From Candidatus Thorarchaeota archaeon (lineage in GTDB: Archaea; Asgardarchaeota; Thorarchaeia; Thorarchaeales; Thorarchaeaceae): a stretch of DNA of 64,000 bases. The DNA lies in assembly GCA_048884965.1 (NCBI GenBank), contig JBHLQH010000007.1:32001-96000 (forward strand), read 5' to 3'. Position numbers and translations under genes: made by a program. Shown here in pieces: positions 1 through 10,831 of this stretch (position 1 is the first letter of the stretch; each line of letters begins with the position of its first letter). The notes beneath the pieces were generated by a model. It was not told the origin of the DNA. It made no database searches and saw nothing but the letters and a program-made list of their open reading frames with translations.

Positions 1-641
1 CTGGACGAGGACCGATGTTTGGACCAATGGTTGTATGTGGTGTTCTAGTAGATTTGGAATCATTGGATGTTCTCAAGAAGGCCGGAGTGAAAGACTCCAA
101 AGCCCTTCCGTCCAAACGCCGAGAAGAATATTCGAAGATGATACGGAAAATAGCATCAAAGATTATAGTGGAAAAAGTATCTGCGATTCAAATTGATACG
201 TCAAGACACAGAGGAACCAATCTGAATGAGACTGAGGTCAATATCTTCGGATCCATTGCGAAGAAGCTAAATCCTACAGAGCTCTACTTGGATGCTGCAG
301 ATGTCAAGGCTGAGCGTTTTGGAGCGAATGTTAGGAGAGTATCTGGGCTTAGAGAAAAGAGATGCAAGATTGTATCTGAGCATAGAGCAGATTCGAAATA
401 TGTGATCGTTTCAGCGGCATCGATAATCGCGAAAACCGAGCGTGATGCTGTAATCAAGAAACTGCATGGAAAGTATGGTGATTTCGGGTCGGGGTATCCC
501 ACAGACCCGAAATCCATTGCATTTCTGAAAGACTTGATCAGTAATGATGAAGAGCTTCCCTTTTTTGTAAGAAGATCATGGGAGTCTGTATCACGTGCTA
601 TCCGAGAAGGAAAAACTGTTCAAAAGAAGTTGAACATTTAG
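1..641 (+). CDS. rnhB: Ribonuclease HII (5' end outside window)
   Basis: In-frame GRGP precedes MFGPMVV (DEAGRGP motif cut by the window edge); GVKDSK, DAAD, VSAASIIAK, GSGYPTDP motifs. Confidence 0.95.
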   Translation, partial: GRGPMFGPMVVCGVLVDLESLDVLKKAGVKDSKALPSKRREEYSKMIRKIASKIIVEKVSAIQIDTSRHRGTNLNETEVNIFGSIAKKLNPTELYLDAADVKAERFGANVRRVSGLREKRCKIVSEHRADSKYVIVSAASIIAKTERDAVIKKLHGKYGDFGSGYPTDPKSIAFLKDLISNDEELPFFVRRSWESVSRAIREGKTVQKKLNI

Positions 642-1600
642 TTGCTTGACCTTTCGGAGATTATCTTCTTCAGCTCTCTCGGCTTGTCAATCTCATCAAG
701 TTCTAGCTGCCGAATCACAGGTAGATTCGAAACACTCTCTTCGACGGACCCTTCTTCAACGATTACAACTGCATCTGATTCGGTTACCTCTGAAACGCTC
801 TTGAGTATCTCCATTCGTTTCTGGAGTCCCCAGCTTTTGATCGAACCGATTCCGGAGAGCAGAGGGGGACCTTCTTCTTTCGCAGCTACATGGAAAGGAG
901 CCCTGTCACTCCATAGGACTTGCATGCCCAATCGTGCAAAGAACTCATTGACTCTCATTTGGATGTCTGATACTTCTTGTCCTTGCTTGCTATTTTGGGT
1001 CTGTATTGGGGTTTGCTTGTGTCGTAGCACATCTATTGGGATGACGAGATCTGTTTCTAGGACTTTTTCAAGACGGAACGCCACGTCACTGCTTACATCC
1101 ATCTCATCTTTTTCATAGGCAAGGATTGCCCTTGCAGAAACCTCCACACAGCTTGCAAGCTCTTCCTTGGTCATGTTTTGAGATAGTCGAACATCTTGAA
1201 GCTTGGAACCGTCAATAGCAACGAATCTTCCGCCTCTTTGGATGAATTCCCTTGGCATTTGTTGTTCTTCGATGATAGCTGACAAGCTCTTCGGAGCGAT
1301 AGTGGATACCCCATATCGCTTGTAGACGACTCCAGAATCAAGGTCGCCTCGTCTGGTCTTTACTCCAACAATCAATGGAGTGGCATCGAAGAAATGTGCG
1401 ACCATCTGAAGTGCTATCGCATCCTCTTCAGTTAGAGCATCGATGTTTGACAACACCTTGATGAGAATTAATTGTGAGTCTTTGCGTGCCACCAAATCAA
1501 AGCAGCTTGGTCGGACATCACAACGAGATGACAGATCAAACCCAGCATCCTCTAGAGAAGTAACCACCTGCTCTATCAGATTGCCGCGGGTTTTTGTCAT
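638..1600 (-). CDS. Archaeal HTH transcriptional regulator (COG1395-like)
   Basis: CFDLVARK/IKVLSNID N-terminal nuclease-like domain, RGG-linked XRE HTH (KEELASCVEVSARAILAYE). Confidence 0.8.
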   Translation of the reverse strand: MTKTRGNLIEQVVTSLEDAGFDLSSRCDVRPSCFDLVARKDSQLILIKVLSNIDALTEEDAIALQMVAHFFDATPLIVGVKTRRGDLDSGVVYKRYGVSTIAPKSLSAIIEEQQMPREFIQRGGRFVAIDGSKLQDVRLSQNMTKEELASCVEVSARAILAYEKDEMDVSSDVAFRLEKVLETDLVIPIDVLRHKQTPIQTQNSKQGQEVSDIQMRVNEFFARLGMQVLWSDRAPFHVAAKEEGPPLLSGIGSIKSWGLQKRMEILKSVSEVTESDAVVIVEEGSVEESVSNLPVIRQLELDEIDKPRELKKIISERSSN

Positions 1601-1656
1601 TCTAATTCACATTATTTGCTAGGTCATGTAGCCTTTTCAGCATAACTAATTGTGAA

Positions 1657-2118
1657 TTATGTCCGTTGAACATCATCACCGGAACTAATTGATGTAGTAA
1701 ATCCAAGACAGGTGGTAGAGGGTAGCTTTTTCCGAATGATCTGGACTTGCGGTCTTGCAAGTTTGTCGATAGGACGCCAGCTCCTGAGCTGAGTCCAGTC
1801 AATTGGATTTTGACCCAGCATTTTATGAACAAGGAAAAGCTCGGTTTTTGAACCTGCAATAGTGTATATTCCAATCCCCAAATCCATTCGACGCAGGATG
1901 ACGATTGGAAGCATGAACGAGGAGTGATGCTCCAAGGGAATTTCCTCTGCAAGGTGGGCTATTTCTTCCACCAAGAATCTAGAGTTCTCGCCCCCACGAG
2001 TTAGGTAGCTTGGTTTCTCCTCTTTGAGTAGAGTTGCCAGACATACCTTTTGAGTAGGGAGATGATCATTCGCAGTGTCTATGTCATTCTCAAGCATTTT
2101 CTCGATGAATCGGCTCAC
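1657..2118 (-). CDS. DUF61/UPF0216 family protein
   Basis: NDHLP...L..LL.E..P...R.G pattern, LPIVI motif; co-oriented after fibrillarin. Confidence 0.65.
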   Translation of the reverse strand: MSRFIEKMLENDIDTANDHLPTQKVCLATLLKEEKPSYLTRGGENSRFLVEEIAHLAEEIPLEHHSSFMLPIVILRRMDLGIGIYTIAGSKTELFLVHKMLGQNPIDWTQLRSWRPIDKLARPQVQIIRKKLPSTTCLGFTTSISSGDDVQRT

Positions 2119-2813
2119 CTGGGTTCCTCCGCGATTCTAACCACAACGAGTCGATGGTCTTTCTCTAATGGTTCGAGATTCACATTATCAATAATCTCCA
2201 TCCCATTAGAAGCGAGTTCTGCGATCTCCCGACTGTATACGTCATTAATATCTGAGGTCGAGTCGATGCTACGTGCTTTGATTGCTAGAATGCCATATGC
2301 CCCTAATGAGCAAAACGAGGCCAAGTTATCCAAGAATATCTTTGCCTGATTGGATTGGGCGACATCTTGGTAGACGACATCTATGGGTCCACCTATCAGT
2401 GCTGCATATCTTGATGGATGTCTTGCATCATTGATTATGGGAATGACATTGCTACGAGACTCTGCAAGCCAAATCAGTTTTCTTGCAACCTGTGGAGAGA
2501 ATTCTACCGCATAGACAAGTCCTTTGTTCCCAACGATATCGGAAACATGACTGACTGTTGTGCCTGATGATGCCCCGAGGTAAAGAACACGCGAACCGGG
2601 TTGAATAGGCATTTCTCGCAGCCCGTTCTTTATTCCAGCAGCCAGTTTTGATCGACGTGTGGACCAGAGTCGATAATCATTCCCCTCCACTCGAATGACC
2701 TTTTCGCCATAGACGCTTTGACGAGGTACCAATGAGCGCGTAGAGATTGTTGCTCTATCATCATCATGTATCATGTAAATGCCTGGAAATTTATGGTTCT
2801 TTGCAGAGGTCAT
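2115..2813 (-). CDS. flpA: Fibrillarin-like rRNA/tRNA 2'-O-methyltransferase
   Basis: RSKLAA, VLYLGASSGTTVSHVSD, DVAQ, IKARSID motifs. Confidence 0.96.
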   Translation of the reverse strand: MTSAKNHKFPGIYMIHDDDRATISTRSLVPRQSVYGEKVIRVEGNDYRLWSTRRSKLAAGIKNGLREMPIQPGSRVLYLGASSGTTVSHVSDIVGNKGLVYAVEFSPQVARKLIWLAESRSNVIPIINDARHPSRYAALIGGPIDVVYQDVAQSNQAKIFLDNLASFCSLGAYGILAIKARSIDSTSDINDVYSREIAELASNGMEIIDNVNLEPLEKDHRLVVVRIAEEPR

Positions 2814-4060
2814 CTTCTGCCGCCTCCTCTCTTTTTCTTACTTGGAGGTCCACGACTTGGTCTATGTCGTGGACGTTCAATCTTTTGAACGGGTTTGGGT
2901 GGTTTTGGTGGTGGAGCTTCTGGATTCTGACGCTGGATTTCAGCTAATCGAGATTCGAATTGCTCCCTTAGACCTGTTGGGGAGGGGGAGTCTGCGTATG
3001 CATCGATTCTTGCTGCGATAGACAGCTTTCCAGAGAGAGCTCGTGCGATTTTTCCGCGCTGCCAGTAAGGCGCAGAGTGAATATCCGATACTTGATAGAT
3101 AACACCGTGCTTTGGAGGATCAGCTCCAGTCTTGAGACTCCTAAAAAGGGCCTTCTCAGCACCAAGAATCTGCAAAGTACTTGATGGCTTTCTGGCTAAT
3201 TCCTTGAGAGAACCTGCTAGGCTTATGAGTCTAGCACCTACTAAAGGTCCTACAAGTGATGTGATATTCGGAGCTATTTTTCCCATAACCTTGGTTACAT
3301 ACTCTTCTAAATCCCTTCTTTGCTTGTACAGGTTCAGGACACTGGTAGATAGTGATTGAATGATATCCAGATCGGTTGGCGCCATACTTGCCCCAAGTGT
3401 ATCTGCTGAGTTCAGTATCTTCTCTTGTATGGATTCAGGTGCAATTGTCCTTGATAGATTCTCCTTGGTAAGATTCTTCCTATCACCACAAATGCTTACA
3501 ACACTTGCAAATTGTTCGTTGTCCTCAATTATATCATTCAGCATTGGAAAATGAAGAGAATACCATTCTCTTAGTCGCATTGCGATTACGTTGGTTGATT
3601 TGTCAACTTCCTCAACTCCATCTATTGCATGCTTCAATGACTGATCCTTTTCCTCACTAGCTTCGCTGACTGTGAAGCGTGCTAATGCCAATCCGACTTG
3701 CCTGCGAAAGTCATGGAGCTCTTCATTTGATTTGACAATACTTCTATCAATTAGTAGGCTATCATGAATGTTCAGAAACCATTTGATCACTGGTTCATTA
3801 TTTCGAAATTCAACTAGGACATTACTTGAAATGCCAGAGATAGCATCTCTTAGTTCCGGGTGTGCAGTCACGATTGTTGTGTCTTCTGTAAGATTCCCGA
3901 GTAATTCCCTTAGTTGATCAGTGGCAGTCCCTATATTCAGGTGCCTAGTATTCTGAACAGACTCTTCCAAATTAGGATAGGTAATCACTTCGTGGAGTAT
4001 TTTGCTCTCTGAATTTAGAAGAAATACTCCAAAGGTAGTGAATGTTCCAAAGACTTGCAT
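2810..4060 (-). CDS. nop5: C/D box sRNP protein Nop5 (Nop56/58)
   Basis: REWYSLHFP, PSSTLQILGAEKALFR, PKHGVIY, RGKIARAL; basic tail; 4-nt overlap with flpA. Confidence 0.95.
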   Translation of the reverse strand: MQVFGTFTTFGVFLLNSESKILHEVITYPNLEESVQNTRHLNIGTATDQLRELLGNLTEDTTIVTAHPELRDAISGISSNVLVEFRNNEPVIKWFLNIHDSLLIDRSIVKSNEELHDFRRQVGLALARFTVSEASEEKDQSLKHAIDGVEEVDKSTNVIAMRLREWYSLHFPMLNDIIEDNEQFASVVSICGDRKNLTKENLSRTIAPESIQEKILNSADTLGASMAPTDLDIIQSLSTSVLNLYKQRRDLEEYVTKVMGKIAPNITSLVGPLVGARLISLAGSLKELARKPSSTLQILGAEKALFRSLKTGADPPKHGVIYQVSDIHSAPYWQRGKIARALSGKLSIAARIDAYADSPSPTGLREQFESRLAEIQRQNPEAPPPKPPKPVQKIERPRHRPSRGPPSKKKRGGGRR

Positions 4061-4191
4061 TGCTGACCAACTCTAGCAATTGGACTTCGCAGCAATCGGA
4101 TAAGTTTGTCTATATTGCAATTAAAATCGAATTTGCTCATTGTCGTCGAGCTTATTACGAGTATAGTTCAGAGAACAAGTTAGGTGATTCC

Positions 4192-5064
4192 TTGGAAATA
4201 GATGGATACTGGCTCGCATCTGGAATCCTAGGAGTATCAGGCTCCGTGATGAAGAGGGTATACAATGCTGGCGCGGACGCAATTGTGACCAAGTCGATTG
4301 GACCTGTTCCAAGGAAAGGACACTCGGGACCTATAATGGCTACTTCACATGGTTCTCTAATTAACGCAGTGGGCCTTACAAATCCAGGAATAGATGGGTT
4401 TGCATCTGAAATGGCGGTCCTAAAGGAAGCAGGAGTACCTGTGGTGCTCAGTATCTTTGGATCAACTCTTGAGGAGATTGTCAGTGTAGCTCGGAAGGGC
4501 AGTGAATATGCACCCGAGGCGATCGAGCTCAATCTCTCCTGTCCACATGCAGAGATTGCACAAATATCACACAATCCCGAATTGACCTACAAGTATGTTC
4601 GTGCAGTGAAAGAGGTAGTGGATTGTAGTGTCTTTGCAAAGATTACTCCTAATGCATCAGACATCGTGTCGGTAGGAAAAGCTGCTGAAGAAGCAGGGGC
4701 TGATGCGATAGTAGCAATAAATACAGTAAGAGCGATGAAGATTGACATTTATCAGCAACGACCTGTGTTGGGCAATCTAGTTGGTGGGTTATCAGGACCA
4801 GCGATTTTCCCAATAGCTGTACGATGTATCTATGATCTCTATAATGCCCTTGATGTCCCAATTATAGGGGTTGGAGGTGTAAGCACATGGCAAGATGCCA
4901 TAGAGATGCATTTGGCAGGTGCCACTGCCATTCAGATTGGTACTGCTCTGCTAGGGGGTATGGATATCTTCGAAAGAATCAAAGTAGGTGTTAGCGAATA
5001 TCTCCAATCCATGAACTATCAGGATGTTTCTCAAATCATTGGATTAGCAGGGAGGGCACAATGA
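4192..5064 (+). CDS. pyrD: Dihydroorotate dehydrogenase family 1B catalytic subunit
   Basis: LASG, NAVGLTNPG, ELNLSCPH, KITPN, INT, GGLSG, GVGG; TTG start at 4192 after GGTGA preferred over 4042. Confidence 0.93.
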   Translation: MEIDGYWLASGILGVSGSVMKRVYNAGADAIVTKSIGPVPRKGHSGPIMATSHGSLINAVGLTNPGIDGFASEMAVLKEAGVPVVLSIFGSTLEEIVSVARKGSEYAPEAIELNLSCPHAEIAQISHNPELTYKYVRAVKEVVDCSVFAKITPNASDIVSVGKAAEEAGADAIVAINTVRAMKIDIYQQRPVLGNLVGGLSGPAIFPIAVRCIYDLYNALDVPIIGVGGVSTWQDAIEMHLAGATAIQIGTALLGGMDIFERIKVGVSEYLQSMNYQDVSQIIGLAGRAQ

Positions 5065-5885
5065 TGGAAATAGATAGGCTTGCAGGTTCAGCTCAGTCGG
5101 TTCGAATCGCTGCTATCAGAAGAGAAACTGATACAGCATTCACCTTGGAATTCGATTTCTCGTTTCGAGAGCGTGATATTCATGCTGGAGAGTTCCTGAT
5201 GATATGGATTCCAACAGTGGATGAGATTCCCATGAGTGTTTCGTCTTGGAATCCACCAATTGCAGGAATTACTGTGAAAGCAATTGGAGATGCGACATCA
5301 AAACTGACAAGGCTTGAAAAGGATGACTGGATTGGAATCAGAGGACCTTTTGGCAATCATTTCAAGCAGGATGCGAGAAACGCACTGGTGGTTGGTGGAG
5401 GGATAGGAATAGCACCTCTGCGACCCCTTGTCCTTGGACTTCTTGATGATAATAGAGATGTGCATCTAGTCGTAGGTGCTAGGACCGCTGCAGAGCTGAT
5501 ACTCTACGATTTTGAAGATCTTAGAGATGAAAAATTCCATCTTCTCATTTCAACTGACGACGGAACTGCAGGTCGAAAGGGGTTTGCTACTGATATTGCT
5601 CGGGAGCTGATTGAGCAGTATTCTTTTGACAAAGTCTATACTTGTGGACCAGAGGTAATGATGGCAAAACTTCACCAAATTGCCAAAAAGCAGAATATCC
5701 GATTCGAAGCCTCTCTCGAGCGATATATGAAATGTGGATGTGGTATCTGCGGAACTTGTGGAATGGATCCATGTGGTGAGTTGGTATGTATTGATGGACC
5801 AATCTTCTCAGGAGAGCAACTTGATAAAATGAGTGATTTTGGCCATTCTTATCGTGACTCGACGGGTCAAAAGATAGGATTCTGA
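5061..5885 (+). CDS. pyrK: Dihydroorotate dehydrogenase electron-transfer subunit
   Basis: RGPFG, GGGIGIAP, CGPEVM, CGCGICGTC...C [2Fe-2S] motif; overlaps pyrD stop. Confidence 0.93.
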   Translation: MMEIDRLAGSAQSVRIAAIRRETDTAFTLEFDFSFRERDIHAGEFLMIWIPTVDEIPMSVSSWNPPIAGITVKAIGDATSKLTRLEKDDWIGIRGPFGNHFKQDARNALVVGGGIGIAPLRPLVLGLLDDNRDVHLVVGARTAAELILYDFEDLRDEKFHLLISTDDGTAGRKGFATDIARELIEQYSFDKVYTCGPEVMMAKLHQIAKKQNIRFEASLERYMKCGCGICGTCGMDPCGELVCIDGPIFSGEQLDKMSDFGHSYRDSTGQKIGF

Positions 5886-5894
5886 AAGAATGGA

Positions 5895-6056
5895 TTATTT
5901 GCGAACCCCAATCTGCTGTCCCTTGACGAATCTTCGGACATAGTTCCTCTTGTTACGAATTCGAGGGATTGGAGTATGTCTTTCACGGCCTTTGACTTTT
6001 GGAGTAGATTCTCTAACTTTTCCAGCTTTTGTGAGTGAACCGTGTGAACCAGGCAT
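5895..6056 (-). CDS. rps30e: 30S ribosomal protein S30e (eS30)
   Basis: MPGSHGSLTKAGKVRESTPKV signature; start at the internal ATG 6056. Confidence 0.92.
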   Translation of the reverse strand: MPGSHGSLTKAGKVRESTPKVKGRERHTPIPRIRNKRNYVRRFVKGQQIGVRK

Positions 6057-6124
6057 CTTGATTTCCTCATATCGATTTTTCAGCTTGTCAATATAAGAGT
6101 ATCCAATTGACATTGATTTCTTGA

Positions 6125-8140
6125 TTACTTTCGTGTCCCACGATATTCTTCTACTATCTCGACTAGATGATCCTCGGTTCTTTTTCGAGCCTTTTCCTTG
6201 GTTTCACGAATAAAGGATTCGAGTTGCTTCTCAAACTTCTTTCTACTAATGAAAGCAAACTCATCGATTCGTTGTAGCTCAACCGATTCTGCTTCGATCA
6301 CAGGGATTGTTGCATCAGTCAGTGTATCAACTGAAAGATGAGATAGAGGTGTATCGAAAATAACCGCTCGAATCTCTCTCTCAACTAGAAGATTGGCCGT
6401 TTGTCGTCCTGCACCTGAGCCATCTTCAAAGAGAATGACATCACCAGCCTTCAGACCTACCTTTCTGGAATATTCTTCGATGCTTTCACGAGTAAAGTGA
6501 GGTATGGTCTTAATTGCAAGCATATCACCTCGCATCTCAAGACGCTTTACCCCGACTAACCGATTGAGTCGTTGCTGGAGCTTGTCAAGACTAGCCTGTA
6601 ACCTTTCGTTATCGTCCCTCAGAATCTTGATTTCACTCTGCTTCTTGGTAACTTCACGGTCTCTTTTTACGCGCCAATAGTTGTCACGATTCATTATTTT
6701 GATGCTGTATTCCAGTTCGTTCTCTCGAAAACGCAAATACTCAATATGACGACGAAGATCCTCCATTTGCTCCATGAGGGCCTCATGGTCCTGTTGAAGA
6801 TCATCATATTTCGTCCTCAAAGCAGCATACTTTTCAGGAGATAGGACTTCTTCTGGCTCTGGTTTTTCTGGGATTTCCTCGATGACTTCCGATTCTTCAC
6901 GAGTTAGGTTGGATATTGCCTCAACCATTGGCATTCCTTTTACTACTAATGCTTTCAAGTGGTTCCGATCCACTGAGAGCTGCTCTTCTCGTATTTTCCT
7001 GTCAATTTGCTGTAGTTTAGGTAGAACATACCTATATGCATACACAGCAGCAGTCAATGCGTCTCTTTCGTGTGCATTTCGAATCTTCATATCATCTGAA
7101 TACTCGCGTGCAAGTTCCTGCTTCTCAGCTACAGGAATGGGCTTATCAGGAGTGTATATTTCCGCGTTAATAGCTCGAGCTACCTTTTCCACCAGATTTG
7201 GAGCTTGAGGAACATCTGATGCTACAATTACTGGTATCCCTTCTTCATAGACCAGTCGGATGATATCTGCGCGTACTAATCCTTTCTTGCTTACCAGCTT
7301 GTGGATTTTTCCATTAAGTGTTAGCAAGCAAATTGCTGCTGTCGTTCCAGGATCAATGCCTAATATGAAGTACTTTGGTGATACTTGGGTCGGAACTGGC
7401 TTAGGTTCAAGTGGAAGGAATTCTGTTCGCTTTCGAACAGGGGATATGATGACATTAAAATCGCCACCACGCTTCGATTCAATAAGACCCTTGATTGCTG
7501 GAAGAGGTGCATATGCAATAAGACGAGCGCTGGCATAACCGAAGTCTGAATGACGAATATCCTCATCGTATTTGATTTCTGCTGATTTCAGTTCTCCTTC
7601 AATATGTCTTGTCATTTGCTGAATTAAGGAATGTAACTTTCGGCGATATCGATTCGCACTTTGTCCACCACGCCCCATTTTTCTTCCACGTGTTACTTTG
7701 ATTTCAGTTTGTTCACTGAAACATTCAATCGTGTATCCTACACCAATCGCAGCAAGCTGAGCTGCGATACGAGCAGAATCAAGTGGGGATGGCTTCCCAC
7801 GCAGATGGATCTTGTGTCGACGAGCAAGCGTCTTCAACGGTGTTTGTTGAGGGGGCACTCCAGTAACTTGGACGATTCTTGTTGAATTTGGTATTCGTTC
7901 TACCAATCTGAAAAGGGAGTTACTGTCTGGTACAATTTCGAAGATATTATCAGTGCATAGATATTTTGGCTCAATCTCCTTAGCAATCTTCAATAAAGCC
8001 CCGCGTGAGAGTTCTGGGTACTCATTGAGTACGATACCTTCTCTCATGATGATTGCAGCAAATTTCGGAGCTGACTTGGACCTAGGGCTGTGTGAAGGGA
8101 GGATGTCAAATCCCATGATGAAATCGTTTTCATCTGCCAT
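6125..8140 (-). CDS. DUF460 / COG2433 RNase H-fold (YqgF/RuvC-like) coiled-coil protein
   Basis: GRGGQSANRYRR, GIDPGTTAA, NAHERDALTAA, long C-terminal coiled coil. Confidence 0.85.
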   Translation of the reverse strand: MADENDFIMGFDILPSHSPRSKSAPKFAAIIMREGIVLNEYPELSRGALLKIAKEIEPKYLCTDNIFEIVPDSNSLFRLVERIPNSTRIVQVTGVPPQQTPLKTLARRHKIHLRGKPSPLDSARIAAQLAAIGVGYTIECFSEQTEIKVTRGRKMGRGGQSANRYRRKLHSLIQQMTRHIEGELKSAEIKYDEDIRHSDFGYASARLIAYAPLPAIKGLIESKRGGDFNVIISPVRKRTEFLPLEPKPVPTQVSPKYFILGIDPGTTAAICLLTLNGKIHKLVSKKGLVRADIIRLVYEEGIPVIVASDVPQAPNLVEKVARAINAEIYTPDKPIPVAEKQELAREYSDDMKIRNAHERDALTAAVYAYRYVLPKLQQIDRKIREEQLSVDRNHLKALVVKGMPMVEAISNLTREESEVIEEIPEKPEPEEVLSPEKYAALRTKYDDLQQDHEALMEQMEDLRRHIEYLRFRENELEYSIKIMNRDNYWRVKRDREVTKKQSEIKILRDDNERLQASLDKLQQRLNRLVGVKRLEMRGDMLAIKTIPHFTRESIEEYSRKVGLKAGDVILFEDGSGAGRQTANLLVEREIRAVIFDTPLSHLSVDTLTDATIPVIEAESVELQRIDEFAFISRKKFEKQLESFIRETKEKARKRTEDHLVEIVEEYRGTRK

Positions 8141-8315
8141 ATACTTGCACTCATTCAGAGATTCAGAGTTTCTCCTATAAGGATTAACATCAAGTAACTA
8201 TTGTATTATCGAAATTTAACCCTCTCTATAGCTTTCCTGTATTTTATTGGATTGTAAATTGATTTGTTTTCACTTACAGTAATCTTATTAAACCCCTGCT
8301 TGAACGAAACGCCAC

Positions 8316-8612
8316 TTGATGCGAGGTGTGACATTGTCAGAAACACTAGAAATCAACAACGACGAAGAGATTCTACGAATCGGCCGTGCTCTCTCTTCAG
8401 GCACTCGCCTTAAAATCCTAAAACTGCTCCTTGATGGAGAAAAAGATGTAACTAGGGTGGCAACGCACCTCGGTGGGACTGAGGCGAATGCTAGCGCTCA
8501 GATAAAGATACTATACGAGGCAGGTCTTCTGGATTATCGATATGAACCTGGACAACATGGTTTGAAGAAAATATCGAAAACCAAGATTAAGCGCATAGTA
8601 ATAGAATTCTGA
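8316..8612 (+). CDS. ArsR-family winged-helix regulator
   Basis: RALSSGTRLKILKLL...ANASAQIKILYEAGLL; start may be at a downstream GTG/TTG. Confidence 0.85.
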   Translation: MMRGVTLSETLEINNDEEILRIGRALSSGTRLKILKLLLDGEKDVTRVATHLGGTEANASAQIKILYEAGLLDYRYEPGQHGLKKISKTKIKRIVIEF

Positions 8613-8651
8613 TATATTTTGATATGCCCATCTGGTGATAGATTATATCTA

Positions 8652-9218
8652 TCACTTGCTAAGATGGGCTTTCCATCTCTTTATTCTTCGTAATATGTTG
8701 TCACGTTCTTCAGTGCGGATGCTGCGTCTTCCCCTTGCACGGAGGAACTTCAATACTACATCCATATCCCTAGCGACTTTGTCATTTTGGGACTCCTTGG
8801 ATATTAGCTCGTCTTTTGCGGCTTGAAGGTATTCAGCTATAACTTCCGCTGGAGAACTTCCGGTGCTCAATTCATGACTGATGGGATCTAGCAATCTCGA
8901 AACTCGGACATCTGGTTTTGTATCTGGTTCTGCTGTTTCTTTCTTGGGCGGGATGGATGAAGATGATTTGATTTGCGCTTCTTCGGATTCCATCGATATG
9001 TGTTTTGTAATGGGTTTGTCCTCAATCGAAGGCTTCTCCATTGATGAGGAAGAGCCGGAGGTTGAAGAAAGGACGAGATTCGAGGGCTTCTGACCTAGGC
9101 GCATTCGTAACTCTCGAAATTGGTCGAACAACTCAACTAACATTGCTTGCATATCATCTATGAGTTTTTGGATATCCTCCATGTCATTTTCTTCAGACAT
9201 TGGTTTAGTTAGCTCCAA
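8652..9218 (-). CDS. Hypothetical protein (N-terminal coiled coil, Ser/Glu-rich linker, C-terminal helical domain)
   Basis: Fills the gap downstream of herA in the same orientation; protein-like composition. Confidence 0.7.
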   Translation of the reverse strand: MELTKPMSEENDMEDIQKLIDDMQAMLVELFDQFRELRMRLGQKPSNLVLSSTSGSSSSMEKPSIEDKPITKHISMESEEAQIKSSSSIPPKKETAEPDTKPDVRVSRLLDPISHELSTGSSPAEVIAEYLQAAKDELISKESQNDKVARDMDVVLKFLRARGRRSIRTEERDNILRRIKRWKAHLSK

Positions 9219-9262
9219 TTATGATTGACCCAACTTTTGACTTATCAGATTATGGTTGATAG

Positions 9263-10831
9263 CTACCTCTGCTGTTTGCTCTCCGCCTTTCTTATTGCCT
9301 CAGAGAGATTTTTCGTTTGCTCTTGAGGCTCGAATAATCTCGGTCTTATTTTTACAAAAGTGGGAACTGACACAGTTTCGCCTACGAAAAGAGCCTCACC
9401 GACCTCTAATGTCGTTATCGCGTCTAATGACGAACGGTCTATGCCTTCACTCGACCTCCCAATGTGGTCCAAATCGTAGGGATTGGTACACCTGAGAATG
9501 GCTTGATTGCTGCACTGGCTTAAGACAGTCGTAGAGAGTTTGACAGGACGTTGTGTGATTAGACATAGAAGTGCAAAGAACTTTCTACCCTCGCGCGCAA
9601 TAGTTTCGATTCTAGCCTTCGGTAGAGCAAGCTCCTGCCGACTCTCTGGACAAAACTGATGGGATTCTTCTAATATGAGAAGAAACGGTGGAATGGCTCC
9701 CTGACGGCGGTGGTGTAAGAGTTCAGCTGCAAGATGAGAGACTATGATTTGCTTTTTCTTCAGACTGACAAAGTCACTCAAATCAATCAATGTAATCTTT
9801 CCGGGACGAATTGTATCTTTAAGATCTGGAACAGATTCTCTCCCGAAAAGGCCGGTATTCTCTAGGTTGAATAGCCAACCAATGAGCGCTTCTCGAGTGT
9901 TTTTACTTATCGTATCATCATCCTTGATGATTTGGATTAAATCGTTAAGATTGTACCCGTTTTTGAAACGATCTTGGATATCGGATATTGCTATTCGCAA
10001 GTCACGTCTCTGTACTTCAGACATGCCAGCTACAAAGGAACTCAGTGCATCTGCGCTTAGTGAACTTACTGGGATTTGAATGTGAGAGCCACGAATATGT
10101 TCGACGTCAAAACTGTCATCTGGTAAACCTAAATCACGAGGTTTGAGATCTTTCAAGTATGAATATTCTCCATGTACGTCGATTACAATGACACTCAACC
10201 GACCTTGCTTTTCAGATCGTTTTAGGAGTTCTTCTAGCATAACGGAAACAAAATAGCTCTTCCCTGCACCGGACATCGCAAGAATAGCCAGATGCTTTGA
10301 GAGAAGACGGTCTATGGAGGCTCGGAATTCTAATTCGTGATTGGCAACCTTTCCTAGATTCAGACCTTCTTTGGTGTCTAGTCGCAAAAAGCGAGCGAGA
10401 ATGTCCTCATCTGTTCTTCTAACGACTGCACCAGGTGACACTGTTGTATATGGTCTAACAGTACGACCATCAATCCAAAAACCAACGACCTTTGTTTGAG
10501 CTATCGTATATTGCCATCGATCTGTTGGAAAGATATAACGAAGTGGTTCGCCACGCGACTGATATTCTCTAACTGCTTCTGCATGTTGGAAGTATCTGTT
10601 AGTTCGTATCAAATCCTGAACTCTGGCAATGACTGTTCCAAACTCGGCTTCGACAGTCACAAATTCTCCTCTTCGGACTGTTGTTTCATTGAGTCCTCCT
10701 TCAAGTACGAAGGAAAACTCGGACACTTTCGGGTCCTCATTTGTACATATTACCGTCCCAAGTCTGTGACCTGATTGTTCTTCTACCAAGATTCTAACCT
10801 CCAAATGGGTTTCGAGACCTTCTTCTTTCAA
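9263..10831 (-). CDS. herA: HerA bipolar DNA helicase/translocase
   Basis: HAS barrel, HLAILAMSGAGKS, IDVHGEY, LEESH, AREGRKF, TQRP; adjacent to nurA. Confidence 0.92.
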   Translation of the reverse strand: MKEEGLETHLEVRILVEEQSGHRLGTVICTNEDPKVSEFSFVLEGGLNETTVRRGEFVTVEAEFGTVIARVQDLIRTNRYFQHAEAVREYQSRGEPLRYIFPTDRWQYTIAQTKVVGFWIDGRTVRPYTTVSPGAVVRRTDEDILARFLRLDTKEGLNLGKVANHELEFRASIDRLLSKHLAILAMSGAGKSYFVSVMLEELLKRSEKQGRLSVIVIDVHGEYSYLKDLKPRDLGLPDDSFDVEHIRGSHIQIPVSSLSADALSSFVAGMSEVQRRDLRIAISDIQDRFKNGYNLNDLIQIIKDDDTISKNTREALIGWLFNLENTGLFGRESVPDLKDTIRPGKITLIDLSDFVSLKKKQIIVSHLAAELLHHRRQGAIPPFLLILEESHQFCPESRQELALPKARIETIAREGRKFFALLCLITQRPVKLSTTVLSQCSNQAILRCTNPYDLDHIGRSSEGIDRSSLDAITTLEVGEALFVGETVSVPTFVKIRPRLFEPQEQTKNLSEAIRKAESKQQR